The notes below the pieces were generated by a model. The model made no database searches, was not told the origin of the DNA, and saw nothing but the letters and a program-made list of their open reading frames with translations. Shown piece after piece: positions 20,941 through 30,707 of a DNA stretch of 37,979 nucleotides (position 1 is its first letter; each line of letters begins with the position of its first letter). A program made the position numbers and the translations under genes. The stretch lies in the IMG/VR virus record IMGVR_UViG_2850784384_000004. One strand, given 5' to 3'. Origin of the DNA: a virus. Its lineage: Duplodnaviria; Heunggongvirae; Uroviricota; Caudoviricetes.

Positions 20941-21794
20941 TGGCATTATTACTGGAGCCACTGCAGTTCACCTTTATGAGTCACGCACTGCTGATTTCAC
21001 TGGTAGTTTCCATACCCTGTGCGCTGCTGTCGGTCTTTCTGGTCCTGAAAGGTTGGGCACTGATGGGTGACGCGATGAGTCATGCGGTTTTTCCTGGCAT
21101 CGTGCTTACCTGGATTCTGGGGTTACCTCTGGCTACAGGGGCATTCGTCGCCGGAGTATTCTGCGCGGTGGCGACGGGATACCTGAAAGACAACAGCCGA
21201 ATCAAGCAAGATACAGTTATGGGGATTGTTTTTTCTGGCATGTTTGCCGCAGGTCTGATCTTGTATATTGCAATTAAACCAGACGTACATCTTGACCATA
21301 TTCTTTTCGGCGACATGCTCGGGATAACCATCGGCGATATAATCCAGACGGTGATTATTGCCGGGCTGGTTACACTTGTTATTAGCGTAAAATGGCGGGA
21401 TTTTTTGCTGTTCAGCTTTGATTATCAACAGGCGCAGGTAAGCGGTTTGCATACGAGATGGCTGCATTATGGGCTGCTGTGCATGGTTTCCCTGACCATT
21501 GTGGCGACGCTGAAAGCAGTAGGTATCATTCTCTCTATTTCTCTGCTCATTGCGCCTGGCGCCATTGCAGTACTCCTGACACAACGCTTTCATATTGCGC
21601 TCCTACTGGCGACTGGCATATCGGTAATAGTGTCAATGACTGGTGTCTGGCTGTCCTTTTTTATCGACAGCGCACCAGCTCCGACGATTGTCGTCTTATT
21701 CGCGGTCGTGTTCATCATGACGTTTACCGTTACCAGCATCAACGCACGCACAAAGGGAAACGCCCATACACAGGATCTGTTATCACCCAATTAG
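20937..21794 (+). CDS. sitD: Mn/Fe ABC transporter permease SitD
   Basis: 285-aa polytopic membrane protein, paralogous to SitC. Confidence 0.9.
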   Translation: MMALLLEPLQFTFMSHALLISLVVSIPCALLSVFLVLKGWALMGDAMSHAVFPGIVLTWILGLPLATGAFVAGVFCAVATGYLKDNSRIKQDTVMGIVFSGMFAAGLILYIAIKPDVHLDHILFGDMLGITIGDIIQTVIIAGLVTLVISVKWRDFLLFSFDYQQAQVSGLHTRWLHYGLLCMVSLTIVATLKAVGIILSISLLIAPGAIAVLLTQRFHIALLLATGISVIVSMTGVWLSFFIDSAPAPTIVVLFAVVFIMTFTVTSINARTKGNAHTQDLLSPN

Positions 21795-21956
21795 CACAAC
21801 ATCCGAGGACAGCATCGTCCGCCAGCCTACAGAAGTCCGGAAAGCCATGGAAGGTCGTTGGGAGGAGGTACGAATTCTATCATGCAAAAAATACGTAAAA
21901 TCGATAACGCCTAGAAATCATTCAATACTCGCACTATCGAAAGTTTACCAGCCAAC

Positions 21957-21985
21957 CGCGGCACGTTCCTGCATACGACGTGCCG
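21957..21985. repeat. conserved hairpin element, copy 2 (GCGGCACGT-N11-ACGTGCCGC), immediately 3-prime of tfa
   Basis: Perfect 9-bp inverted repeat; homologous to 2632..2660. Confidence 0.6.
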
Positions 21986-21994
21986 CAGCTTCTG

Positions 21995-22618
21995 TTATTC
22001 CACGATAAAATTCCTAACCGAATTCAAATCCTTCAGACTATTCAGCTCTTCCTTCAGCTCCCGCTGACGGCGATAAATCTCATCGTTGCGATCGACCTGC
22101 GCCTGCACCATTGCTGCCGCCAGTTCTTCCAGTTCCGGCATCGACAGTTTCACCTGCTGATTATCGGCATCGCTCCACGCCATATGTGTTTGTGCTGTGA
22201 CAGATTTTGCCAGCATGACTACCGGGGACAGGCGGCCCAGTGAGTCGGGACCAGCATTCCAGATACGACCGTTCCATTCAAACGTGAACAGCTTCGCCTC
22301 CTGTTCTGCGCGCCATGCTTCAATTTCCTGACGTCTGGCCTCTCTGGCCGCTTCCAGCATTTCTGGTGTCACAGTGAATGGGGCTATCTCACCCCATTTG
22401 CCGCTTTGCAGTTCCTGCCAGATTTGCTGACCCGTCGGAGCGACATCATCAGCGGTGGCTGTGTAGGGGACTGCCTGGTCCCTGTCGTCAAAAAAAACGT
22501 CACAGTCTACTGCGCCACTTTCGGTATAACGGGGATTAATGATTTTTTTAATTTCCACGGTGCATTCCTCACGATGTGCGAATAAAAAGCCCGGGCATTG
22601 CGCCAGAGACATGAGCAT
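21995..22618 (-). CDS. phage tail fibre assembly protein (Tfa-like), intact copy
   Basis: 207-aa ORF; ~675 bp near-identical to 4905..5578. Confidence 0.65.
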   Translation of the reverse strand: MLMSLAQCPGFLFAHREECTVEIKKIINPRYTESGAVDCDVFFDDRDQAVPYTATADDVAPTGQQIWQELQSGKWGEIAPFTVTPEMLEAAREARRQEIEAWRAEQEAKLFTFEWNGRIWNAGPDSLGRLSPVVMLAKSVTAQTHMAWSDADNQQVKLSMPELEELAAAMVQAQVDRNDEIYRRQRELKEELNSLKDLNSVRNFIVE

Positions 22619-23758
22619 CCGGCACCCCGGACAGGGCGCAATATGACCCCGGTAATGAATGCTCTGAACATCCCGTAATGAAAAATTGTGGGGATGCTAT
22701 ATACGTTCCGGTGGGAGTACTGGGCACTGAAATCCCCACCGGTCCCAGTCGTGAGCCTCTGTATGACTGCCCCCTGACAAGTCTGATGACTTTATCACCG
22801 TCAGCTTCTCCCTGGTACGCAGCAATAATCAGCCCGCCAATGTCAGGGTCTCCCCATCTGTTGCGGACAGAGCTCGCCACGATTCTGTAAATAATATCTT
22901 CTGTGGTTATATTTATTTTCACCCAGTCAGTCAGTCTGGATATGGGCCAGTAGCGGTAGCGGGTGTGATAAATGGGGCCGTTAATGCCGTAAAAAGTAAG
23001 GGATTTGGCTCTGTACCGCGGTTCTGTTGTCTCAGGGCGTGCATCAGTCCACCGGATGCTGAGCACCCCTTCAAACCGTGTGTCGGGTATGATGATGCCG
23101 TAGGGGCCAGCAACGGAATATTCACCTGGCAGCGCATTCCTTACCCAGGCCAGGAAATCACTCTTAGTGTCAAAACGGATAACATCTTCAGGCAGAAAAG
23201 CACACCCAAAGCCGAATGCGCCGGGTATCGCCAGACGGCCTTTTGTCCGGTCGTAAATGTCGCTCTGTGCTTCCATCGTGGCCGCACTTTTCAGCCCCAG
23301 ATTATCCCGGGACTTCTGTTGTGCCTTTTCGCCTGCTGCTGCGATTTCAGACAGATGGTTAGCCGTTTTCAGAGTGCCGGTCAGCGCAGCATCAATGTCA
23401 TTTTTGGCCTGCTCTGCTGCGCCTGCGCCACCATTTCCTCAAAGCGTTTGACGACATCTGGTTTCAGGTCGCCCTCATCAGGAGCAATCAGAAAGTCATT
23501 CAGCGTACCGGGCTTTGAGTCCTCATATACAGCAATGTCGCCAACGTTGTACTCGTTGTGCCAGTCCTGTTTCAGATACACACCATATTTTCCAGTCCGC
23601 GCATGGAAACAGTATTCACCATCGTTTCCTGTCATCACATCAGCAACAGTGTGCATCACCACTTCCGGGGTGTTTACCCGGGATTTCAGAATAATATGGT
23701 ATCCGGACATGGAGATACCTGCGCCATCAGTCAGCGCACCTGATATCACTACAGACAT
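22569..23758 (-). pseudogene. phage side tail fibre protein, frameshifted
   Basis: N-terminal domain with VYEDSKPGTLNDFL motif (23381..23758); remainder in another frame (22569..23276); frame break near 23430. Confidence 0.65.
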
Positions 23759-23781
23759 AGTTTTTCTCGCGATAAATTAAA

Positions 23782-24269
23782 TCAGGAAGAAATTTCCGGA
23801 GAAGCGGGCCATTCAATGGCGTTGTATGAGGTTTTATCAGTGATGACACTGAAATCCATCGCCTGCAGCGATTTCGCGTAAATGCGGTACGCTTTCAGTT
23901 TTTCCCGGTCTTCGTCGCTGATTAGCCCCAGCAACAGGTCTTCTTCCCATTCCCCTGTCCGGGCACTGACCTGAGCCAGAAGGGCATCACGCTCATCTTC
24001 CGCTTTGAGTCTGTAGTCAAAGACAAATTCATCATTGCGGTAAAACCAGTAACCCGGCGCGGTAATGCGGCGGTTGGCGGTAATATCAGGAACTTCAATA
24101 ACACTGGCGTTACGGGGTTCAATGCCTGTCACATCCTTACCGACCCACACCACGCGACCGTCTCCGGTGTAAGTTATTTTAATTGTGTCCTGGCGAAATT
24201 CTTCAGCTCTTCATACCAGTTTTTTCCGTCTTCTGAAAAAAGCCAGGTGACCGAATATCGTTTTGTCAT
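23782..24269 (-). pseudogene. tail fibre assembly protein (second Tfa type), 1-bp deletion frameshift
   Basis: N-terminus [25 protein letters not shown] then frame break; C-terminus ...AIEWPASPEISS typical of Tfa. Confidence 0.6.
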
Positions 24270-24349
24270 CTGATATTGTTCTGCTGTTTTCGGATTACCC
24301 GTAGTAATATTTTTTAAATGCAACATTGTTAAATACTCGCTACGTTATA

Positions 24350-24702
24350 CTAGGTGCCATTAATCAGTTTTTGCAGTGGTCGGTAATACACACCGTCAAC
24401 GTTATCCGCTGAGTTACGGCCGGTATCCGATATCGCCATCCCTGACAGCCCGTGTCCCGAAGGTGCGCAAAATCTCCACGAAACGGTGTTACTGCCGGGG
24501 CTGTAATACATTTCATGGCCATACCGTACATCCTGTACCCCCTCTGTTCGATATTTATAGCGGGCATCGAAGTTTCCGTAATTTAACGGAATTACCTGTC
24601 CGTTAACAGTGAACACTATGCTGTTATCCGGGTTTCTCTGGCTGAAAAAATGCCAGCCTGAATCATCGCCAAGCTCTGCAACAACAGGCCTGGATGGATT
24701 AC
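24350..24702 (-). pseudogene. C-terminal fragment of a tail fibre/receptor-binding protein truncated by IS600
   Basis: ORF 24350..24718 begins inside IS600 end; native part has no start codon. Confidence 0.45.
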
Positions 24703-24745
24703 TGAGGTGTACTGGCAATAGCGGACACTACCATTTGTTCTTTTT

Positions 24746-25564
24746 TTAAGCAGCCATCTGATGATATTTTTCCCTGAAGGCTGCCGGGGAGATATTCCCC
24801 AGACGAGAGTGACGACGCTGACGATTGTAGAAAATCTCAATGTATTCCCGTATTACTGAGATGGCTTCATCCCGGTTATTAAAACGATAGTGGCTCAGGC
24901 TCTCATTTTTCAGCGTTCCCCAGAAGCTTTCCATCGGAGCGTTGTCGTAACAGTTACCTTTACGCGACATTGATGTTTTCAGACCAGACTGCTCCTGTAT
25001 GACCCGGTAATCGTATGCGCAGTACTGTGAACCTCGATCAGAGTGGTGGATTAGCCCGGCAGGTGGGCGCTGGCTCCTGAGCGCCATAAACAGGGCTTTA
25101 CCTGTCAGCTCTTTTGTCATGCGCTCTCCCATGGCGTAGCCGACAATTTCACACGTATAAACATCTTTGATGCCAGCGAGGTACAACCATCCCTCCTGTG
25201 TGGCAACATACGTCAGGTCCGCCACCCAGACCTGATTTGGTGCTGTAGGAGCGAACGTCTGGTTCAGCAGATTTGGCGCAACTGGCAGATTGTGGTTCGG
25301 GTTCGTAGTCGCTCTGAACTTGCGTTTCTGCTTACAGCGTAGCCTCAGCTCCTTACGAAGACGTGCCAGTCGGTCACGACCAACGATGATGCCATTCTCT
25401 GCCAGCTCCGTCTGGAGCCGCCGGGTTCCATATGTTTCGCGAGTGCGGATATGTGCCACCTTAATCTCCAGTTTTAGCCGCTCATCACTTTGTTTTCTGT
25501 CTGAGGGTTCATGCTGTACCCAGTTGTAATAACCGCTCCTGGATACACCAAATACCTGACACAT
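24746..25564 (-). CDS. IS600 transposase OrfB
   Basis: Identical to copy 1. Confidence 0.9.
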   Translation of the reverse strand: MCQVFGVSRSGYYNWVQHEPSDRKQSDERLKLEIKVAHIRTRETYGTRRLQTELAENGIIVGRDRLARLRKELRLRCKQKRKFRATTNPNHNLPVAPNLLNQTFAPTAPNQVWVADLTYVATQEGWLYLAGIKDVYTCEIVGYAMGERMTKELTGKALFMALRSQRPPAGLIHHSDRGSQYCAYDYRVIQEQSGLKTSMSRKGNCYDNAPMESFWGTLKNESLSHYRFNNRDEAISVIREYIEIFYNRQRRHSRLGNISPAAFREKYHQMAA

Positions 25565-25599
25565 CGCTTCAATGGGAAATTGTTGTCGCCATTGTTCGA

Positions 25600-25902
25600 T
25601 TAACGCGTATTTTTCAGCGACTCCTGTGCAAAATACGCTGTTGCTTTTTTTAATATATCTCGCTCAAGGCGAGCTTCATTTAACGCCTTACGCAGTTGCA
25701 GAATTTCAGATTCCAGTTCAGCCACCGTGCGGGAACCAGGAGTACCGAGCCCTTTTCTGGCGGCGGTAACCCATTGTCCTAAAGTGCCTTCAGGAAGAGA
25801 TAATCGGGAAGCGCCTTCACTGATCGAAAGTTGATTTTCAAGAACCGTTCTGACAGCTTCGGCTTTGAACTCTTTAGAGTAACGTTGGGTTTTTCTGCTC
25901 AT
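25600..25902 (-). CDS. IS600 OrfA
   Basis: Identical to copy 1. Confidence 0.9.
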   Translation of the reverse strand: MSRKTQRYSKEFKAEAVRTVLENQLSISEGASRLSLPEGTLGQWVTAARKGLGTPGSRTVAELESEILQLRKALNEARLERDILKKATAYFAQESLKNTR

Positions 25903-26180
25903 TATTAGCTCCTTCTGATGCCATTCTATTTCAGGAAGGAGTGTCCGTTAAACTCAGGCTACCTCACTGGTTATGGGTGATCGGGGAGAGAGTTTCAACA
26001 GAGATTTGAGTGGTCATAACGATAACTCCGTACATTTGGAAATTATCGCCACCGACGACGCCAATCGAACTGGTGGCGAACTGTGCAGGGTTGGCGTAAC
26101 CGGGTACGGAAACCGGCGAGCCTTTCGGCTCCCCCACACAGCCCGCCATAAATCGCGAATGTGACTGTGCAAACGATATG

Positions 26181-26201
26181 AAAAAAGACGCGGGCGCGTC
26201 T
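26181..26201 (-). terminator. intrinsic terminator downstream of late promoter (tR-prime-like)
   Basis: Minus strand: AGACGC-GCCC-GCGTCT followed by UUUUUU. Confidence 0.55.
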
Positions 26202-26263
26202 CATATCGCTCCGTAAACATCCGGGACGCCAATCCCGACGCCAGATTTTGCTGGCGCGTGAGG

Positions 26264-26293
26264 AATATAGCCCCGGATAACAGATTGAGTCAA
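26264..26293 (-). promoter_or_regulatory. late promoter pR-prime-like (TTGACT-18 bp-TATATT) overlapping Q stop codon
   Basis: Strong -35/-10 directly 3-prime of Q, as in lambdoid late regulatory regions. Confidence 0.5.
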
Positions 26294-26844
26294 CAAACGG
26301 TTTTTAGATCCCCGGAAGAGAATGCATCACGCATCGGTAGATAGAGCATATATTCAGCAAGATTTAGCCATACATCTACCCGACTGCAGCACGTCCGGAA
26401 ACACCACTCAGGGTGTGCGTCATTCAGCAATTCAGCCATTTTACGCTTAGTCATCCCCCGCCCTTCATACCGTTGCCGGAGGACACTAATCAATCCAGGA
26501 TGCTCTGCCAGCACCTCACTTATGACTCTATCAATACATAACGCCTCTGCATCAGTACAATGCGCCAGCCAGGTCTTTTGCTTGCCATTGATCATCTCTC
26601 GCAAAAACGCTTCCAGCTCAGGTTTCTCTATTCCCGCTTTTTTCATCCTGCGCAGGGCTTCATTGACGGCTGTTTTCGTCAATTTTTTGGATGCCAGCAA
26701 CTGGTTAAACATATTTCCCGTCTTACCGCCGCCAATATACGACCAGCGCCCCCACATGCGCAGTTTTCCCTGAATCCAGACACTTTCCAGCGTGGTGAGA
26801 CGAAGGTGTTCCCCGCTTTTGCCTGTATTTGTTGGGTAAATCAT
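26290..26844 (-). CDS. phage antitermination protein Q-like
   Basis: Position at end of nin-like region followed by promoter and terminator; family call from recalled motifs; start set at internal Met (MIYPTN...) abutting upstream gene. Confidence 0.55.
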   Translation of the reverse strand: MIYPTNTGKSGEHLRLTTLESVWIQGKLRMWGRWSYIGGGKTGNMFNQLLASKKLTKTAVNEALRRMKKAGIEKPELEAFLREMINGKQKTWLAHCTDAEALCIDRVISEVLAEHPGLISVLRQRYEGRGMTKRKMAELLNDAHPEWCFRTCCSRVDVWLNLAEYMLYLPMRDAFSSGDLKTVC

Positions 26845-27131
26845 AAATAACCTTCCTTTCTCCAGATTTCTTGTGTGCGAAAAACACCTTCTGCATGCAT
26901 CAGGCGTAATTCTTCTTTGGTGTAATCGCTGGTTTTTACCCGCCCGTCGATTAAATCGTGGCATGAGCTACAGGCAATCGCTGCCTGCATATCGTGTGGT
27001 TTTGTCGCTGTTCCGCACGTCCCCGCCAGCCTGTAATGCGCCAGCACAGAAGTTTCGGGATTGTGATTGCAGTAGCCAGGAATTCTGACGGTGCACATCT
27101 GCCCCCGCGCCGCTTTACGTAAATCCACCAT
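26841..27131 (-). CDS. YbcO-like Cys-rich putative nuclease (DUF1364-like)
   Basis: 96 aa; MVDLRKAARGQMCTVRIPGYCNHNPETSVLAH...CSSCHDLIDG pattern as I recall for YbcO. Confidence 0.5.
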   Translation of the reverse strand: MVDLRKAARGQMCTVRIPGYCNHNPETSVLAHYRLAGTCGTATKPHDMQAAIACSSCHDLIDGRVKTSDYTKEELRLMHAEGVFRTQEIWRKEGYL

Positions 27132-27730
27132 TACGCAAACTCCAGTAACTGCGCGGCCACATTTTCGACTTCCTCCGGAGAGGAAAATTTACGGAACAGG
27201 ATCCAGTTCCACAGCACATTCAGTACAGATTTATAAACCTGCTGAAACTCGGTTTCGTCCATGTTCGCAAATGCGATAGATTTTGCCCTGCGCCCACGAC
27301 TACCATCAGGATAAATATGCTCGGTGTAAAATCCGGCCTGAATGGTTACCCACTCGCGGAAAGCGTCAAACGACTTTAGCAATGCCGTATCCCGGGTTCT
27401 GCATGTCGCAACTGTATTAAGGTATTGCTCTGCGGCATCACTCAGGGCTGGAGTGTGTTCCCGACCTACTGATTCGCACAGGTAATCAACGAAGCCTGAT
27501 ACCAGTTTTCGTTCGCGAGGCGTGATCGCCCCACCGACCGGAGTCCAGTAATCAAATCCCAGTTGCAGGAGTTTGAAAAAACGCTTGTGGAATGCGTAGT
27601 TACGCACACGCTTAAAGTCTGCGTGTATCCACTCACCTATTTTGATTTGATGCAAAAAATCGCAACTCTCCGGCGTCGCCGGGAGAAGTAATCCGGAAGA
27701 GGTTTGTTTGACCAGTTGTATATGCGCCAT
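27131..27730 (-). CDS. lambdoid nin-region protein (DUF1367-like; assignment tentative)
   Basis: 199-aa ORF contiguous with ybcO-like and Q-like genes. Confidence 0.4.
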   Translation of the reverse strand: MAHIQLVKQTSSGLLLPATPESCDFLHQIKIGEWIHADFKRVRNYAFHKRFFKLLQLGFDYWTPVGGAITPRERKLVSGFVDYLCESVGREHTPALSDAAEQYLNTVATCRTRDTALLKSFDAFREWVTIQAGFYTEHIYPDGSRGRRAKSIAFANMDETEFQQVYKSVLNVLWNWILFRKFSSPEEVENVAAQLLEFA

Positions 27731-27863
27731 CGTAGTTCTCCGCTGGCGCAGTAGAATGGGTGTTCAGCCCGTTATGTAGTATACCAGAATTAATGCCAAT
27801 ACTAACAGGGTAATGCTGCCAACTTACTGATTTAGTGTATGATGGTGATTTTAAGGTGCTTGC

Positions 27864-28139
27864 GTGGCTTCCATTTCCATCAGATGTCCTTCCTGCTCCG
27901 CTACTGAAGGCGTGGTGCGTAACGGCAAAAGCACTGCCGGACATCAGCGCTATCTCTGCTCTCATTGCCGTAAAACATGGCAACTACAGTTCACTTACAC
28001 CGCCTCTCAGCCCGGTACGCACCAGAAAATCATTGATATGGCCATGAATGGCGTCGGATGTCGCGCCAGTGCACGCATTATGGGCGTTGGCCTCAACACG
28101 GTTTTACGTCACTTAAAAAACTCAGGCCGCAGTCGGTAA
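27864..28139 (+). CDS. insA: IS1 InsA
   Basis: 91 aa. Confidence 0.9.
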   Translation: MASISIRCPSCSATEGVVRNGKSTAGHQRYLCSHCRKTWQLQFTYTASQPGTHQKIIDMAMNGVGCRASARIMGVGLNTVLRHLKNSGRSR

Positions 28140-28561
28140 CCTCGCGCATACAACCGGGCAGTGATGTGATTGTCTGCGCTGAAATGGACGAACATTGGGG
28201 CTACGTCGGTGCTAAATCACGTCAGCGCTGGCTGTTTTACGCGTATGACAGGATACGGAGGACGGTTGTGGCGCACGTCTTCGGTGAACGCACTCTGGCC
28301 ACACTGGAGCGTCTTCTGAGCCTGCTGTCGGCCTTTGAGGTCGTGGTATGGATGACGGATGGCTGGCCGCTGTATGAATCACGCCTGAAGGGAAAGCTGC
28401 ACGTTATCAGCAAGCGTTACACTCAGCGCATTGAGCGACATAATCTGAATCTGAGACAACATCTGGCAAGGCTGGTACGGAAGTCACTGTCGTTCTCAAA
28501 ATCGGTGGAGCTGCATGACAAGGTCATCGGGCATTATCTGAACATAAAACACTATCAGTAA
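28058..28561 (+). CDS. insB: IS1 InsB
   Basis: 167 aa. Confidence 0.9.
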   Translation: MSRQCTHYGRWPQHGFTSLKKLRPQSVTSRIQPGSDVIVCAEMDEHWGYVGAKSRQRWLFYAYDRIRRTVVAHVFGERTLATLERLLSLLSAFEVVVWMTDGWPLYESRLKGKLHVISKRYTQRIERHNLNLRQHLARLVRKSLSFSKSVELHDKVIGHYLNIKHYQ

Positions 28562-28578
28562 GTTGGAGTCATTACCTA

Positions 28579-28830
28579 CTAACAGGATGCTCTGACTCGC
28601 AATTCATCCAGCAGTTTATCATTTCCCATAATGTCACTTACCCTCATCGGTAAAAAAATTGCCTTTCGACCATTACGATACATTATTGATTTTGGGATTT
28701 CAGGGAAGTAATCCATTTCGACTATAACTGACAGGTCATCACGACGTATGACTGCGTATTTGCTACTAAATAGTTTCTTTATTTTTTCCACGATGCCCCC
28801 AGGTTTATAAGTACAAACGGTTATATCCAC
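28579..28830 (-). CDS. hypothetical prophage protein (83 aa); stop codon lies inside the IS1 target duplication
   Basis: ORF from track; AT-rich; positioned between hok and nin genes. Confidence 0.4.
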   Translation of the reverse strand: MDITVCTYKPGGIVEKIKKLFSSKYAVIRRDDLSVIVEMDYFPEIPKSIMYRNGRKAIFLPMRVSDIMGNDKLLDELRVRASC

Positions 28831-28976
28831 ATAGAGACAAAAATATTAATCTGATAAATATTTATTTCACGCCGTATATTTGATTGTTTAATGTGCAAGT
28901 ACAATGACTTTTATTTTTTGTTGTGTATATAATCAAATATATGGTTATTTTTCACCCTGCGTATTCAGCACGCAAC

Positions 28977-29000
28977 AAAAAACCCGCCGAAGCGGGTTTA
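28977..29000 (-). terminator. intrinsic terminator downstream of hok
   Basis: Minus strand: AAACCCGC-UUCG-GCGGGUUU followed by UUUUUUG. Confidence 0.6.
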
Positions 29001-29066
29001 GTGCGGGTGCGTTGAGGATGCCTGACACATGAGAGGTGGCGAGGGATTTCTCCCCCGCCTGGTCTC

Positions 29067-29222
29067 TTACTCCTCAGGTTCGTAAGCTGTGAAGACAGCG
29101 ACCTCCGTCTGGCCGGTTCGGATTCGTACCTCGCAGAGGTCTTTCCTCGTTACCAGTGCCGTCACTATGACGGTTAAACAGATGACGATCAGGGCGATTA
29201 ACATCGCCTTTTGCTGCTTCAT
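29067..29222 (-). CDS. hok: Hok/Gef-family type I toxin (HokD-like small membrane peptide)
   Basis: MKQQKAMLIALIVICLTVIVTALVTRKDLCEVRIRTGQTEVAVFTAYEPEE, 51 aa; in-frame upstream extension to 29279 may correspond to the mok-like leader. Confidence 0.85.
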   Translation of the reverse strand: MKQQKAMLIALIVICLTVIVTALVTRKDLCEVRIRTGQTEVAVFTAYEPEE

Positions 29223-29560
29223 AGCCTGCTTCTCCTTGCCTTTCGGCACGTAAGAGGCTAACCTACATTTGTGAGACATAGATTGGGCCTCAGATTAATG
29301 TTAAGCGTCTTGCAGGACGCGTAATGTTAACTGGGGCTTTTCTCTGTCTGCCTTACAGTGGCATGCCCGAGGCAGACAGCCTCAAGCACCCGCAGCAATC
29401 TTACCGATACCGATAAGAAAACGCTATTTTTTATTGCCAGCACCTTCTATCCAGGCTAATTTATCTGCGTCAGAACGGCGCAATGCGCTCGCCTGAGATA
29501 CGTTTACTTGCCATGGTAACAACAGGTAACGGCAATTGCTGTTTCTGTTTTGTTTCCTTC

Positions 29561-29591
29561 AAAAACCCCGGACCATCAATCCGGGGTTTTT
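29561..29591. terminator. bidirectional intrinsic terminator hairpin
   Basis: AAAAACCCCGG-ACCATCAAT-CCGGGGTTTTT; A/T runs on both sides. Confidence 0.6.
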
Positions 29592-29676
29592 GTTTGTTAA
29601 CCCCAACGGCAAATCGAATACACCACCAGCGCCACCGCCATCGCAATTCCTACCGTGGTGAATGCCTCAGGCCAGG

Positions 29677-30042
29677 TCATTGATTCACCTCCTGCGGTGG
29701 TTCCGGTAGCGGCATCCAGTGAGTTGAGCTCTCTACTTCAACGCCGTCTTTGTCCACAAAAGCCATCTTATTCCCGCCACGAGTGGGGCAAAAAACCTTA
29801 TCCCAGGAACCGGGGAATACATTCCCGAGATCATCGAGAAGAATCACATCGCAATATTCAGCAGGAACTGCATCACTACAGCTTATCCAGCCAGCCAGAG
29901 TTACCGGAGAGTTGCCAGCCTTACGCATGGCCATTTCCACGATTTCAACCATATCTCCTGGTGGAATTTTACAAAGTTGCCCAATACATTTCTGCTGCCT
30001 GGCATATTCGAGAATGTGCTCCAGTTTGGTTCGATTAATCAT
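29677..30042 (-). CDS. DUF551-like prophage protein
   Basis: C-terminal THWMPLPEPP motif typical of DUF551 family. Confidence 0.5.
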   Translation of the reverse strand: MINRTKLEHILEYARQQKCIGQLCKIPPGDMVEIVEMAMRKAGNSPVTLAGWISCSDAVPAEYCDVILLDDLGNVFPGSWDKVFCPTRGGNKMAFVDKDGVEVESSTHWMPLPEPPQEVNQ

Positions 30043-30707
30043 TATTTATCTCCCTTAAGCATGGCAGCGCGGCAGGCGTTCCAGCCATCAACATAATCAA
30101 ACGTATTACTATCGTTTGGCCCGATTTCATCCGGCACTATCGGCTCTGGTTGGATAGTGACGTTGGCAAAGGCAGCACGCAAACCGGTTTTAATTTCTTC
30201 GATTTCATCAGAGCCAAGCGATGAATCTGACAGTGCGTGATGGAATGCGTAAGCCATGTCGTCGTTTACTGCAACCGGCACTGCCGGCGCTGCGTAAAGC
30301 GGTGTTATATCTGCCCGAAAATCACATGCTTTATGCAGTCGTACCCAACGCTCAACTTCCGCTTTGTAAAAATATATAGCAGTGAACGTATTAGATTCCT
30401 GGTCAACTTGAGTAAACGTCACCTTCCACGCTACAGCTACGGCTTTCCATCCATCAGGTTGTCGCATTCGCGGGGCAGCATAAAGCTCATGCATTCCATC
30501 AGGCAGCGAGTGACCCACATACTCACCGAACCCGTCAATACACATGCCCCCATCTTCAACAATGCATTCCGCTACAGGCTCTGCTTCCAGTGATGCCAGA
30601 GCGATAAGCGCCAGTTCACGAATTTCACCGCCGTCTATATCGTCAATATCATCGCGGCCAGAAATGTTAGCCAGCCATTGCAGTCGCTCTTTGGTAATAG
30701 TAGTCAT
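30042..30707 (-). CDS. hypothetical acidic prophage protein (221 aa)
   Basis: ORF coupled to neighbours by overlapping stop/start; internal LYAAP duplication. Confidence 0.45.
   Translation of the reverse strand: MTTITKERLQWLANISGRDDIDDIDGGEIRELALIALASLEAEPVAECIVEDGGMCIDGFGEYVGHSLPDGMHELYAAPRMRQPDGWKAVAVAWKVTFTQVDQESNTFTAIYFYKAEVERWVRLHKACDFRADITPLYAAPAVPVAVNDDMAYAFHHALSDSSLGSDEIEEIKTGLRAAFANVTIQPEPIVPDEIGPNDSNTFDYVDGWNACRAAMLKGDK

Larger units (their letters stand above)
24703..25966 (-). mobile_element. IS600 copy 3, 1264 bp, no target duplication
   Basis: Same ends as copy 1; flanks TAC and CTG. Confidence 0.95.
27809..28576 (+). mobile_element. IS1 copy B, 768 bp, with perfect 9-bp target duplication TACTAACAG
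   Basis: IS1 ends; identical 9-mers at 27800..27808 and 28577..28585. Confidence 0.95.

Noticed and set aside
22015-22035. tRNA 3-prime end (TTCAAATCC-like T-loop motif)
   Set aside because: No acceptor stem or anticodon arm can be folded around it; it lies inside the tfa coding sequence.
21995-24702. Invertible tail-fibre segment (Gin/Cin/Pin-type shufflon)
   Set aside because: No serine invertase gene, no inverted crossover sites, and the two tfa genes are in direct rather than inverted orientation.
25964-26164. Overlapping 61- and 63-aa ORFs on opposite strands between IS600 copy 3 and the late terminator
   Set aside because: Neither has a convincing ribosome-binding site or recognisable family; could be the start of a lost lysis gene but the evidence is insufficient.
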